Positions 23,395-37,935 are shown, counted from the first letter of the whole stretch. The stretch is 63,991 nucleotides of DNA, filler included, from Octopus bimaculoides (GCF_001194135.2; 11 parts of 9 records of this genome joined end to end with filler, not necessarily neighbours in it); one strand, 5' to 3'. Notes: generated from the letters alone by a model not told the origin. Translations and numbers: made by a program.

Positions 23395-25019
23395 NNNNNN
23401 NNNNNNNNNNNNNNNNNNNNNNNNNNNNNNNNNNNNNNNNNNNNNNNNNNNNNNNNNNNNNNNNNNNNNNNNNNNNNNNNNNNNNNNNNNNNNNNNNNNN
23501 NNNNNNNNNNNNNNNNNNNNNNNNNNNNNNNNNNNNNNNNNNNNNNNNNNNNNNNNNNNNNNNNNNNNNNNNNNNNNNNNNNNNNNNNNNNNNNNNNNNN
23601 NNNNNNNNNNNNNNNNNNNNNNNNNNNNNNNNNNNNNNNNNNNNNNNNNNNNNNNNNNNNNNNNNNNNNNNNNNNNNNNNNNNNNNNNNNNNNNNNNNNN
23701 NNNNNNNNNNNNNNNNNNNNNNNNNNNNNNNNNNNNNNNNNNNNNNNNNNNNNNNNNNNNNNNNNNNNNNNNNNNNNNNNNNNNNNNNNNNNNNNNNNNN
23801 NNNNNNNNNNNNNNNNNNNNNNNNNNNNNNNNNNNNNNNNNNNNNNNNNNNNNNNNNNNNNNNNNNNNNNNNNNNNNNNNNNNNNNNNNNNNNNNNNNNN
23901 NNNNNNNNNNNNNNNNNNNNNNNNNNNNNNNNNNNNNNNNNNNNNNNNNNNNNNNNNNNNNNNNNNNNNNNNNNNNNNNNNNNNNNNNNNNNNNNNNNNN
24001 NNNNNNNNNNNNNNNNNNNNNNNNNNNNNNNNNNNNNNNNNNNNNNNNNNNNNNNNNNNNNNNNNNNNNNNNNNNNNNNNNNNNNNNNNNNNNNNNNNNN
24101 NNNNNNNNNNNNNNNNNNNNNNNNNNNNNNNNNNNNNNNNNNNNNNNNNNNNNNNNNNNNNNNNNNNNNNATATATATATATCCACACACACACAACACT
24201 GTCGTAAAATAAACACGCACGAGCCATTTTGCTATCATAGTCTTTTACAAGAACATATGATGTATATGGAAGAGGAGGGAGTGTATGTATATAAATACAT
24301 TCAGACACGTAAACATATATTTATATATATATATGTGCATATATGTGTGCCTCTGTGTGTGTGTGTGTGTGCATACATATATTTATATCACACAACACAT
24401 ACATACATGTATACGTATGTAAGTTTGTATGTATGTATGCATGTATGTATGTATGTATGTATGTATGTATGTATGTATCTATCTATCTATCTATCGATAA
24501 TACACGGATATGACAAAGGGATACAGACGTACATGGTGGTCTTCCGCAATGAAAATTATCCAGGCAGTCTGCACTTTAGAGATGAAGTTTCCAGGTGCAA
24601 CATTGACCTTACATACACACTCATTCAGAAACACACACACACACCCACACATACACACACACACACACACATAAGCATACGTATATACATAAATGTACAT
24701 ACATATTTATTCTAGCAATGTGTATATATACGCACACACATACATAGGTGCACACGAACGTTGTATACTCCGCCACCAAAGGAATACAGTGTCTGAGACA
24801 CGTTATATTAGTTGATAGAAAAAGGAAAGGAAGATAGGAAGAAAGTACGAAAGAAAGAAAGCGATTGAATGTTGATCACCTTACCTGATGATTGAGGTAT
24901 CCACGGAACACGATACACATGGTTGCTGGTGAAGATAGAACCAATGAGAGACACATCAAAATTACTGCAACGACCGCAGTAGATATCACACACACACACA
25001 CGCACACACACACACACAA

Positions 25020-25080
<61 letters not shown>

Positions 25081-25266
25081 ATACAGAGGCAACACATACA
25101 CAGACACACACCCGCATGAATGCACGTATATATATATATGTGTGTGTGTGTGTCTCTGTATTTTCTCGAACTTACATTATTTATCACCTTCAACTATACT
25201 TCAAACATTACCTGGCCCCCACCCAAATAACAGCAAAAAGAAGTAGAATAATTATAATAATAATAA

Positions 25267-25297
<31 letters not shown>

Positions 25298-25817
25298 AAG
25301 AAGAAGAAGAAGAAATAAACAAACATCATAAATGTGTGCGCGTGCGGGGATGCGGGGGAGTTCGATTGATTGTTAGCGCGCATTTGTTATTGCTGTTATT
25401 GCTGTTGTTGTAGTAATTGGTAGTGGTGTTGTTATTGGTGGTGGCGATGGTGATGCTGTTGTTGTTGTTAGAGGTGGTGGCTGTGGTGATGACCGTCGAT
25501 GATCAGTGATATTGGCATTGGTAAATTGTTAAGTAACAATAACAATGCCAATAACCAAAGACGCTCCAAACGTGATCCTCATGTCAGCTTGTTTCCACCC
25601 ACCCCACTAGCAGTGTTATACAGACAATGGAACGATATTATCCGATATGACCATCCATCCTTGCTGGCATCTTTTTTTTTTTTCTTTTTGCGCGTTTAAC
25701 TGTCGTGTGTGGTTTTCAAGGGAATTTAACTGCTACTTCTAGCAATCTTCATGCAACCACTTAGAAGCAACTTCCTGTTGATAATGTTGGTGATGGGAGC
25801 AGTGTCAATTGCGAAAC

Positions 25818-25898
<81 letters not shown>

Positions 25899-27844
25899 GG
25901 TGGTGGTAGTCGCACTGTTGTTGATTGGGATGATAATTGGAAAAAAAAAATGTTGCTGTCACTACCCCAGATCAGTCAGTACACAATCCTGAGCTGACCT
26001 ATGACCAAAAGTGTTCCAACCGTGACCAGCCCATCTTTCTGTGTCGTCATGCAAGAAATGCATGGTTACTGCACTATCAAATGTTTACTTCTGGTAAGAC
26101 GTCAGATATGGTGGTATGAGGGTGATTTGACTGGTATTTCTGGCGGGTCGAGCATTCTTAATTGTTAATAGTAACACTTAATTAGCTATTAATTAATTAA
26201 TTAATTAGTTAACCCATCCTAATGCTTCCTCCTCCTCCTCCGACACACACACACCCAATGACACGTCTCGATATCGTCTGTCACCGAAGGAACATTGTCT
26301 TTCTGTTAGAAATAGCAACCAAATCTCCCTTAAATCTCATACTACTATTTAAGAAGGTCAGGAATAATACACTGGATAAAGTATGTCGTAGAGAGCCATA
26401 AAAAGGTGAGATAGCTCCGGATTGAATTCTTTTGATTATAAGCCTGCTCAAACGGCGTTGGCTTAGGGCTAAGCAATACGGGAACCCCAACAATCATCTT
26501 ACAAAATTTTAAAACATGTTAGAAGATCGATAGCTGTGATGATGATGATCATCATCATCGTGGTGGTGGTGGTGGTGGTGGTGGTGATGGTGAAATGTCG
26601 GGTGAGGCTGCTAATGGTTATGTGACTTGTCTCCTTCCATATCATTCATCAACGATTCGTGCGTATGTAACTGTGTTATGTCATCGTAAATAACATGATT
26701 CTTTTCTTCAGATCGAACGCAGAAACATGGGGTAGAAGAAGAAGAAGAAGAAGAGACGAAACGAAATATGTTGAAAGACAGTTCGTCCGACATGCAGCTT
26801 ACCTTCTCTCACGCACACAGCAGCAGCAACAACAACAACAACAATGATAACGATAGCGATGAAAAAGAAATATTTTTATTAGTAACGTAATCATAACAAT
26901 AATAATATAATGATTTGATTTCATTGTCATAAGTTCATAATTTAGAAATATAGACTCAATGGAATCGATTTGAGGACATAAATAAAAGACAACAACGTCA
27001 GTGTATATTAGGTGAGGTTCGAACGCCGATTGGCGAGCGACCAAACTGAATGCAAAATATTTAGTTTGACGCTGTACCAATTGTCATTCCACTGCTCTTA
27101 AATGGTAATAGACCGATTTCCAAGGACCGCATAAACTCGATCCCTTGGAAAGATTACTGGGTAAAGACGACCGTAGTTGGAATTATAAAGGTTTCTCACT
27201 TTGGCTGAAAGTCACCAATATGTAACTGGGATACGGGGAGAGAGCTTGCTAGAAAGAATAAGGATATAAATCGAAGTAAATAAACACTTATTTGTTTTAT
27301 CAATCACTGAATAGATGAAAACTAAAGATCGATCGCATCCAAATTTGAACTCAGAAAATAAGGAAGAATGACAATAAGAATTTCATTCATTAACAACTTA
27401 TAATCACATTGACCACAATGTCACTCATTCAATTTTTTTAATATTTTTACTGATAGTGGTGGGTTGGAGGAGGTACGATTGATTTAGATAGACTCTAGTG
27501 TCTGTCTGTCTGGTTATTGTTATTTTTACCTTATCGACTCCCAGAAGATTAAAGGCAAAAGTCGAACCTCGTTGAGATTTGAACTCGGAAAGTCAACAAC
27601 AACATTAGTATCTAGTAGTAAATAAACAAAGTTTAAAATTATTGGTTTATATGTTCCATGCTTCGTTTTGTTATGCATCTGTCTGTTGTGTTGGTTAAAA
27701 TTTTGGCTGCTTTGACTCAGAAAACAACAGCTGTCGGCAGACAGTATAAACAAAGCCACAGAAATTAACCAACCTTGACAATCACATAATCAACACCACC
27801 CTCACCACCCTCACCACCACCACCGCCACCACTACCACCACCAC

Positions 27845-27877
<33 letters not shown>

Positions 27878-28145
27878 AATGTCTTCGCATATCCCTGGAT
27901 CATTCGCAGCAACAAGTGATCCAGAGAACACAAGGATTAATAATAAACGTTTGCAAACAAGAGCAGCTTTCACCATCCATCCATCGGCACATTAATATAA
28001 TATCGATGATGGTGATGATGGTGGTGATTATGCGGATGATGATGATGATGATGCTAATGATAACGGTGATGAAATTGACGACAATGATGATAATGATGGG
28101 ATTTTAACTATGGAAATCGCTATATTAATCTACATACAAGCATGC

Positions 28146-28195
<50 letters not shown>

Positions 28196-28339
28196 ACGCA
28201 TAGTATAACAGTAAGAGAGAGCCATAAAAAAGGCAAGAAGGTCATGGATCAACGGAAGGAATGCCCTTGATCATAAGCCTATTCGAACAGCGTTCACCGA
28301 GGGCTAAAGGATGCAACAAGGACATGCGCGCGCGCGTGC

Positions 28340-28377
<38 letters not shown>

Positions 28378-30439
28378 CCGACCACCTGTGGTTGTCGCAG
28401 TGAAGAGATGTCACTGTTGACAGATATAGAGAAGGTCTCTCGGAATGTGGCTATTGTATTATGCTATGTTTAACTCGAAGTTTTTGACAGTTTGCGTCTG
28501 TTTTATAAAAACGAAGGCGTTGAGATGCGGAGAACGGCAGCAATATTTTCGATACACAAGGACAACATTACATATATATTTGTGCGTGCGTGTGCGTGTG
28601 CGTGTGCGTGTGTGATTGCATTGTCATTTATTCTGTCATGCAATGTGATGTATATACTTGCAACCCCGTCTCCAAATCCCCGCTTCAGATATAAAAAGGG
28701 TGGATGAATAGAGAGCGATCCATTAAAAAAAAAAGACCCAAATAAATAAATAACACAATATCCACAAATTACGATCACGCACTAAACAACAACAATATCA
28801 TCAATAATAATTAGTAGAAATAGTAATAATAAATAAATAAATAAATAAATAATAATGGTATTACACACACACACACCATTAAGGCTGTTTCGTTTCTCCC
28901 CACCAACAGCATTCTGCTACACCAGCTGACCTTTGCACGTGTGACCTTGCCAATGAAAACGAGGCACGAGACTCTACAAACGGTGACGTTTGCAATAATT
29001 ACCTCTCTTGGAAACTATCCGAATTTTTAGCTGCACCTCCTCCCATTACATCTTTCACTTTCTATCTTTCTCTTCTTTCCCTTTTTCCTTCTTATTTACA
29101 TTACACATATTACAATCTTTTTCTCGTTCCTCTCTCTCTCTCTCTTTCCTCCTCCATGGTACACATATTACAGTCTTCTTCTCCTCTCGTTCTTCCATCC
29201 TTCATACAACACATATCATCTCTTTCTCTTTCTTTTTCCTGCCACACTTCATAGATTACGACCCACTCCTCTCTCACACTNNNNNNNNNNNNNNNNNNNN
29301 NNNNNNNNNNNNNNNNNNNNNNNNNNNNNNNNNNNNNNNNNNNNNNNNNNNNNNNNNNNNNNNNNNNNNNNNNNNNNNNNNNNNNNNNNNNNNNNNNNNN
29401 NNNNNNNNNNNNNNNNNNNNNNNNNNNNNNNNNNNNNNNNNNNNNNNNNNNNNNNNNNNNNNNNNNNNNNNNNNNNNNNNNNNNNNNNNNNNNNNNNNNN
29501 NNNNNNNNNNNNNNNNNNNNNNNNNNNNNNNNNNNNNNNNNNNNNNNNNNNNNNNNNNNNNNNNNNNNNNNNNNNNNNNNNNNNNNNNNNNNNNNNCTCT
29601 CTCAGTGTTTTCTTCCACTCTGAATACTTTCTCTTTGCCCTTCATTCTTATAATCTCTATTTCTAATTCTCATAAATTGTTTATCATTTTATATGAGCGC
29701 GTACGAACATACATTTATGTGTTTGAGTGTGTGTATTGGTGTATGTTCTGATAAACTGATAAACAATTTAGGAGAATAACAAAGGAGAGTAAGAACGAAT
29801 ACGTAGAGATATATCACTGCGTATGTGTATCTATATACGTGTGTGTATCTGTGTGTGTGTATGTGTGCGCGTGTTCGCGCGCGCATTTTCACTATTACTA
29901 TTGTCAAAGATACTCTTCCTATCTTGTTGCACACACTCTCTCTCACTCACTCACATACACAGGGACACACAAACGAAAGCGCGCACGCACACACACTTTT
30001 TAATCTAGCGTTATATATCTTCTCTATCAATATTTTCCTTTTTCTCATTCTTTTACATGCTTTCTCTAAGTTAGGAGTAGGAATTGGAAGAACCGGATAA
30101 AATATTTTGCGGTATTTAATTACGGTCTTTTATGTTCCGAGTTCAAAATCCTGGTGGGAGGCGGCGTTGATAAAATAAACGTACCAGTGACTTATTTCTA
30201 ATTGCAATAAGATGTTCTTTATAATAGCGAATCGCAACGCAATTTCCACTGAACCAATAGTTATCTATCTATCTATCTATCTATTAAAATTAATTTATGG
30301 AAGATGAAGAAAAAACAACAAGAAACTATTACTGTGAGTTTCAAGTGATTGACTTTTACTCATTCACCTCAGACGGAAGATCGATTATATGAAACTTAAA
30401 ACTTAGAATAGTGGTTTCTTAAACTTCTTCAGCTTTAAT

Positions 30440-30482
<43 letters not shown>

Positions 30483-31016
30483 AACACACACACATACACA
30501 CACGCACATGCACCCGCACACACACACACACACATATAGTGCGAAACTTAGTAATACCATCTGGTTGATAACTGACGAAGAATTAGGTACCTTCTGCTTT
30601 TGTTTTCCGTCCATTTCTGCACTCAGTATACGTTTTTCCACTCGTCTGTGCATTCATTATACGTTTTGTTGCTTGTGTATATATATATATATATCGAAAG
30701 CGTATATTGTTATTTAATGCCCGAAATACGAGAGTAGAAAAACAGCCAACAACTGATGAAAGTTCGTTCTTTATGTTTGTTTTGTTTTCCATTTGTGTCT
30801 TTCGTTGTTCGAAAGAACAGTTCATGTTCCATGTACTCATGCTTCGTACTTTTTTGTTGTACCTGTTTCGTGACGTCCTCTGCCCACATATGCATATATA
30901 TATATGTAGTGAAACTACCTATCGCCATTAGATACAAACTACTATCGCCATTACATACAATCTTCTCATTTAAATATAAATAAATGCGAGCGTAGTAGAG
31001 AACCCATTCCTTGTCC

Positions 31017-31114
31017 ATCACGTGACTGATAATTATTCGAATCGGCAACTTCTTCGAACCTTTCCCGCCAGAACGCAAACTGACCAATCACGGCCCCTAA
31101 TAAGGTCACGTGAT
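31017..31114. promoter_or_regulatory. Promoter-like motif cluster
   Basis: ATCACGTGAC (31017), TTTCCCGCC E2F-like (31061), CCAATCA (31084) and GTCACGTGAT (31105) in a CpG-containing stretch; no linked gene identified. Confidence 0.4.
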
Positions 31115-31298
31115 AGAGTAAAATTCTAAAGGCATTTGGAGCCCTCTTAACGCTATATATAGATCAACTCATACCCAATAATTTGTCTCGGTCCAGTTNN
31201 NNNNNNNNNNNNNNNNNNNNNNNNNNNNNNNNNNNNNNNNNNTTAATTAATTAANNNNNNNNNNNNNNNNNNNNNNNNNNNNNNNNNNNNNNNNNNNN

Positions 31299-31347
<49 letters not shown>

Positions 31348-31550
31348 ATATGTTTGTGTGTCTCTGTTTGTCCCCCCACCATCGCTTCACAACCGATGGT
31401 GGTGTGTTTATGTCCCCGTAATCTAACCGTTCGGCAAAAGAGACCGATAGAATAACTACTAGGCTTACAAAGAACAAGTCCTCACGTCGATTGGTTCAAC
31501 TAAAGGCGGTGCTCCAGCATGGCTGTAGTCAAATGACCGAAACCAATAAT
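31299..31550 (+). mobile_element. SINE family A, 3' half
   Basis: TGTCCCCCACCATCGCTT...GAGACCGATAGAATAACTACTAGGCTTAC...GGCGGTGCTCCAGCATGGC. Confidence 0.85.
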
Positions 31551-32380
31551 AAACATAGACACATAGTTAGATAGATAGTACTGTGTGAGTGCGCGCGAGT
31601 GTGTGTATGACTGCATGTATGTATTTGTTTCCATTTTCATGTAGTTGTGGTTATGGATGTGGTTGTTAAGCCTACTTCCACTGCTGTTATGGCTGCTTAT
31701 TTGATTTTTGTTCTTTAGGTTTATTCTTGCTAATGTTGTTCCTTCTGCCTGTATTGGGTTCCTCTGCTCACTTCCTTACGTCTAACTGCTGGCAATTTTC
31801 TTGTAATATCTGTCAGAAAAACAATGCTGGGAGTAAACAAAAGACACATTTCCCCAAGATTGAGTACAATCTAATGACTGTCACCTCTCTCTTCTTCTCA
31901 CAAACATCTACGATTTCCTGATATTCCCTGTTCAGTGTCAGACTGGAACTCCCAGAAAACCGAGAAAGAGTCCTTTTCTCTTTGACAGCCTATCTTCCTA
32001 TCTGTCTGTGTGTCTCTCTGATGTTTTTATTTGTCTATCTATCTATCTATCTATCTATCCATCTATCTACTTCTATATTTACATTCAGATACACAGACCC
32101 ACACGCAAACGCACGCACACTCACGTACATACATGCACGCACATATATATTAATGTGTGTGTGTGTGTGAGTGTAGTGTGTATGTTTATGTGTAGGCGTA
32201 TGTATGTTTGTACGTATGTATGCATATATGTACATATATGTGTGTGTGTCTGTCTGCGTGTGTGAGTATGGGGTGGTGTGGATGTGTGTGTATTTATATC
32301 ACACACAGAAATTTTGTAACATATTCTCTGTTTACGTATTGCCTCCCATCAGTCTGTCTGCTCATTCATACACACAAGCA

Positions 32381-32431
<51 letters not shown>

Positions 32432-33177
32432 ACACACAAACATACACACACATATCAGAGTAGATTTGTTTATAAATATAATCCATATCCATATTGAAGT
32501 CGTTTCGCAATGAGGATTTTTACAGACAACGTATGTTTTGAAGGAATTGGAAAAGAAGGTCTGTGAGGCGCTGCATCGTAGGCCCCGGTATGGATCGGGT
32601 GGCTGGGGAGACTGGGGTGTTACTGAGAGATATTTATCTTCATANNNNNNNNNNNNNNNNNNNNNNNNNNNNNNNNNNNNNNNNNNNNNNNNNNNNNNNN
32701 NNNNNNNNNNNNNNNNNNNNNNNNNNNNNNNNNNNNNNNNNNNNNNNNNNNNNNNNNNNNNNNNNNNNNNNNNNNNNNNNNNNNNNNNNNNNNNNNNNNN
32801 NNNNNNNNNNNNNNNNNNNNNNNNNNNNNNNNNNNNNNNNNNNNNNNNNNNNNNNNNNNNNNNNNNNNNNNNNNNNNNNNNNNNNNNNNNNNNNNNNNNN
32901 NNNNNNNNNNNNNNNNNNNNNNNNNNNNNNNNNNNNNNNNNNNNNNNNNNNNNNNNNNNNNNNNGACTATAACAACATTAAGAATAATATTTAACCACAA
33001 GCATTGCCGTTACCACTGATCCCACCGCCACAATACAATCAGGTGAACGTATCCTAATTCGATCACGCCGACTCTATCGACTACCACCACCACCATTACC
33101 AATGCCATCTCTATCACTACCACCATGATTATGGCTAGCACTGTTCCTAGCACAATCATCATCGTCGTCGTCGTCGT

Positions 33178-33212
<35 letters not shown>

Positions 33213-33680
33213 CCATCATCATCACCATCATCATCATCATCATCATCATCATCGTCAATTTCATCATCGATAACACCACCACCTCACCAGCAACAACAAC
33301 CAGGCTTCCAGTGTTACCGATGCCACCACCGCCGTTTACACCACCATCCCCATCATTATAACTACTATCATTATCACCACCACCACCACCACCACCACCA
33401 CCACCATAAAACAACAACGACATCAAGAATAACAAATCTAACACTGATGCCTCTTCTGCTACAGACGCCGTCATTGTCATTGCCACACCATCACCATCAC
33501 CATCACCATCACCATCAACGTAACCATCGTTATTACCACTACGACTATTACTGAAGCTACCTGCACCTCGATCACTCCTANNNNNNNNNNNNNNNNNNNN
33601 NNNNNNNNNNNNNNNNNNNNNNNNTTAATTAATTAANNNNNNNNNNNNNNNNNNNNNNNNNNNNNNNNNNNNNNNNNNNN

Positions 33681-33721
<41 letters not shown>

Positions 33722-34061
33722 GACAATTAGTAGATTTCTGCAAAAGAATCTTACCCAAGCTTGCAGATACGTAGGAAGATCCATGGGCAGCATTTACCAA
33801 TGGCGGCAGTACTTATGCGTGGAGGGGTGGAAGGAATGAGGAAAGGTGGGTTGACTGACGGACGGACGCTTTTTGCTTTGTGTAAACACGTGTTGTGCGC
33901 CAGGACTAGGCAGCTGAGAAAAACTATTCCGCCGTATTTTTTTCTGGCTCTTTATATTTCAAGTTCAAATTTCACAGAGCACAACTTTATTTTGTATCCT
34001 CTTTGGTTCGAAATATTAAAAGGTACATACAGTAAAAGAACGTATCATTTCTGTTTTGCAG

Positions 34062-34199
34062 TCATTGGAATTCTTAACAAAATTATGGATTGATAAATTC
34101 ATATATTTTTTCTATATAATTTCTGTTAGATGCTTTGAATCTCTATTGGTTCATTTAGTTATTTGGTGGAATGTCTTAACACTACTTGAAACATACAAG
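34062..34199 (+). CDS. Candidate internal exon, unknown product
   Basis: Acceptor TTTCTGTTTTGCAG, donor AAG|GTAGGT, 138 bp open in phase 0-0 (SLEFLTKLWIDKF...LLETYK); no recognisable domain. Confidence 0.25.
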
Positions 34200-34533
34200 G
34201 TAGGTTTTCGCTTGTGAATGTCATTCGTAAGTGAACTATGTAATGTAATATTTCTTCGAATTCATGGTCTGTGGGTGAGTATTTGTAACGAATATTTGCT
34301 TTTAATTCTGCTGCCTTGCACCTGTCATACATTTGTTTAAACAGCTACTAATTTTCAAAATTAGAAAGATCGACATGGCCGATTATTAACGCTTGAGTCT
34401 GAAACGTTAAGCAGAATAGCGTTCGATCTCCAACAAGATACAACCTTTAATTTTCTCTTGTAAGTACTTTTCCCCGACAGTAATTAAACCAATGTGATCT
34501 GTGAACCAATGAAGTGCTCGTTAGGTTTTCTAG

Positions 34534-34623
34534 GCTGATACTGTAAACAAAACAAAATTGCATATTAGACATATGGATTGTCATGTTAAGATACCTAGCC
34601 TTAAATGCTATGTTGAGCTTATG
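34534..34623 (+). CDS. Candidate internal exon, unknown product
   Basis: TTTTCTAG| ... ATG|GTAGGT, 90 bp open in phase 0-0 (ADTVNKTKLHIRHMDCHVKIPSLKCYVELM). Confidence 0.22.
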
Positions 34624-36934
34624 GTAGGTTATAAATTGTCAACTCCTGATTTCTTTGTCTAAAATATTGTTTATTCTTAATAGTGCACTTAATGGAAATA
34701 TGTTTATATCACATATCAAAATATCGATGCTATTTTAAGTATATACTAAAGTGCAGCCTCTGTTAGCCTAATTGTATATGCCGAGCTTTCTCCTTATCAA
34801 TATTCTCTGTAATGAATTCTTAGTTTTTAATGAATGAAATTTCTAGAACAAAACTGGAAACAAAATCTATTCAATTATGCAAGTTTTTTGTTGCAACTAA
34901 ATTTGTTTTCTAAATATCGCTTTCTGTTTCGTTAGTGTTGAAAACCGTTATAGTTTTAAATATTCAAAAGAAATTTGTTTTGTTTATTGCTTTTTCTAAA
35001 AATCTATTAACTGTGAAATCTCTGAAGAGTTTCCAGTGAGGTTCCGATGAATCATAAATAAATTAGATAGGCAATAATAAGAATGTTGAATTTCTCTTTC
35101 AGTTTTAAAGCTCGATTCTAAATTTACATTTTAATGAGAACTTTTTCAAGTATCCATGTTGTGTATGGTAAAATCTAAATGTATATAAAAAAGCAAAGTA
35201 GAAACATTTTGGGAGAAATAAATGATAGAAGAGGTATAATTCGAATGAGCTTGTGATAAAATTTCAGATTCTCTAATATATTTCAGCAGCTTTTAGATTA
35301 TCCCAACAAGAAAGTCTGTTCTTGTTTATTCGACCATTGAGCAATAGTGGCCAGATCACTTCGAAATTCCAGTCTTATTGTTTTCTATAATATATCCTTA
35401 GAATACAAAAATGATGTAGATTTAAGTATTGAATAACTGTAAAAATGACAAGATGGTTAAAACATTAAAGCTTTTGATCTATTGTCTACACAAAGATGGT
35501 CCACTTAGGCTAAACAACAAGAGCAAGAACAATAAAATCGAAAGAGTTTGAATGTGTATTACCTATGACGTTTCGCACATGCTGGCTTTCATCGGTTTTT
35601 TAAAACAATAGTTTCTGTTGACTTCACTGTAAGCGAAATATTGCTCGAATTAGATATCAAGCTAAGTAATTGTAGAAACATTAACGCTTTAATCATACAT
35701 GTAAGCCATGCCAAGGCAGGTAAAAACTATTACAAATTATAATTCATTGCGTGGTAATGTACTTAGTGTTGCGAATCTCACCAGAATTTCAATTATTAAA
35801 AATTGCATTTAAAATGAATAGAAGCTATGACTTTGATTAAATGTTAATCAAATCTACATAAAAAAATTCAATTGATAAAAGTTTTAATTATCTATGTAGG
35901 AATATAAAAATTGTAACGTGAAAAAAAACTTATAAAGACTAATCTTTGACTTGTATGGTGCCAACTGGGCACATGTCTCATTATAATTAACCTCAGCAGC
36001 GGATTTCCAAGGTTTTCGATTCTAGTGGAGAGTAAATATCCATGAAATCGACGAGGGTAACAACACAATGACTGGGACTGGGTGGTGTAAAGGCAAAGCT
36101 TGTATTATGAGATAAAATCTGGTNNNNNNNNNNGTCAATACATTAATAAGGACGGTTCTTTCGATTGTCTTTTCTTCTCTTTTTTTTTTTTGGTACTGTT
36201 GTTGTTATTTAGTCATTGGTCAACTCTGTTCGAAGAGATTCTATTAACAGTTAGTACAACTATAGCAAGCCCATCTTTCATTTGCACAGATATTGCAATG
36301 TATTTACCAATGTGCCCTTCATTGGTTTTAGGATGATACGATGTGATTTAAAGCAGACTTACCTGTTATTTCATGCACACCAAGTAGGTTTGGAAAGCAA
36401 CCCCTTTGTTAGCTAATTTGCAAAGAATTTTGCTTTCTAGCATCCAAAATGTATTGTAACCTATGTTAAAACACACTTTCTTTAAAACAAGTTTCCGACA
36501 TATTCATGTATATACACTTCAGACAAGTTGGGGAACGAAACGTACATGGCGAATCTTTTTCTAGAAGCTGGCTGTTTGTGAAACAGCTCATTATCAAGTG
36601 GGCGGCACTACTAAAACTTTCAAGGTAATCTTTGTTTGGCGTGCTATTCAGGAAGTCACCCGAGTTGCATGACTAGTGTAAACAAAATGTCGAAGCGCAT
36701 TCTACATCGGTCAAATTGATGTCATTACTTTCATACATCTTGAATAAATGTAAGTGAATACCTGTTGGGAAACCATGATCAGGACAGAAATAACAAAGAT
36801 CCGAAGTTCTTAGAAGTCAAAATTCGGAGTAATGATTAAAGCTTAAGTTATGTATATAACAAGGACGAAGGAAGTATGAGAGATGAGAGAGACGGGAATG
36901 CCAGGGTGGAGGTGGCATGAGCTACTTCAGAGGA

Positions 36935-37615
36935 ATGGGTCAGTTATACCCTAACTTTGCCTTCCTTAATACTAAAATGAGGGGAAGCAAACACAAGACA
37001 AATATTAAAAGATATAAACAGTCTCCTTGGAAAATTCCTCTTTTGATATTAACCTTCCCTAATACTGTGGCACATGAGTAGAAATCTACTTTCCATTTCT
37101 TCATGCTAAAGCTAATCAATTCTCTTATGTTGTCTGCTATACTGAATATACTCAAGTATCCATGAATATGGGATCACCTCAAATGCGTTCCTATAATCTA
37201 TCCATTCTATTGTTAGATTTTTGTTTCTAGTCTTTACTTCATTTAGAACTGCTTTGTCTATGTATAATAGATCATGCGTTCCTCTAGCCTTCTTCTTGCA
37301 ACTCTTCCGTTATTCTGACAGTAAATTTTGGTTGTTAAGGTGCTCGTAAATACTTTCTGAAAGCATTTCTATTAACAGCTTCCACACTAATGGTAAGGGA
37401 GGGATTGGTCTAAGTTGCTAACTGTATTACCCATACTCTTATCTTTCACAATGAGTATTGTCCTCCCTCTAGACTTTCAATCTGGTATTATTCTTCCACT
37501 CAGGTAATTCTGAAGTTGTTCCCTCAGTCTCACATGTAAACTACTAAATTTCTTTAGCCAGAACACTTGAAATAAAGCTGGTCTTGGGCCCTTCTAATTC
37601 GACATTTTTCCTGAC
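36935..37615 (-). mobile_element. R4/Dong-like non-LTR retrotransposon RT fragment, degenerate
   Basis: Minus peptides GRTILIVKDK, KARGTHDLLYIDKAVL, WIDYRNAFEVIPYSWILE and VNIKRGIFQGDCLYLLIFVLCLLPL fit RT of RLE-clade LINEs. Confidence 0.75.
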
Positions 37616-37654
37616 ACTTTATGCATGTATGTATGTATGTATGTATGTATGTAT

Positions 37655-37935
37655 GCGAGGAAGCGTGGCCTAGTCGTCAGGTTGTTGGTCAGGGTGTTTC
37701 AATTCCTAACCCGAGTGACGCGTTGTGTTCTTGAGCGAAGAATTTTATCTTACGTTGCTCTGCAACACTCCGACACCTGATGCGTACACCTGTTCAGACA
37801 CTTGATACAGTGCACCTGTTCGGACAACGTCAATTTGATGGGGAGAGTGAGCCAATGTACGGCACATACATTTGATCACTATAAGCAAATCATTTGCGCA
37901 GGTCGTTCGGTAAAAGCTGAACACTCATACGCCAA
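37655..37935 (+). mobile_element. SINE family C, diverged
   Basis: GGAAGCGTGGCCTAGT... head and TTGTGTTCTTGAGCGAAG motif. Confidence 0.6.

Noticed and set aside
24884-24960. Minus-strand MCIVFRGYLNHQ|GTAAGG as a first coding exon
   Set aside because: Only 12-24 codons, no matching downstream exon found and no recognisable protein.
35560-35600. Minus-strand CCGAUGA...GCGAAACGUC
   Set aside because: Core mutated, helix II only 2 bp and no helix I.
36363-36460. Minus-strand exon with strong splice sites (CATAG| ... CAG|GTAAGT)
   Set aside because: All three frames contain stops; could be non-coding but unsupported.
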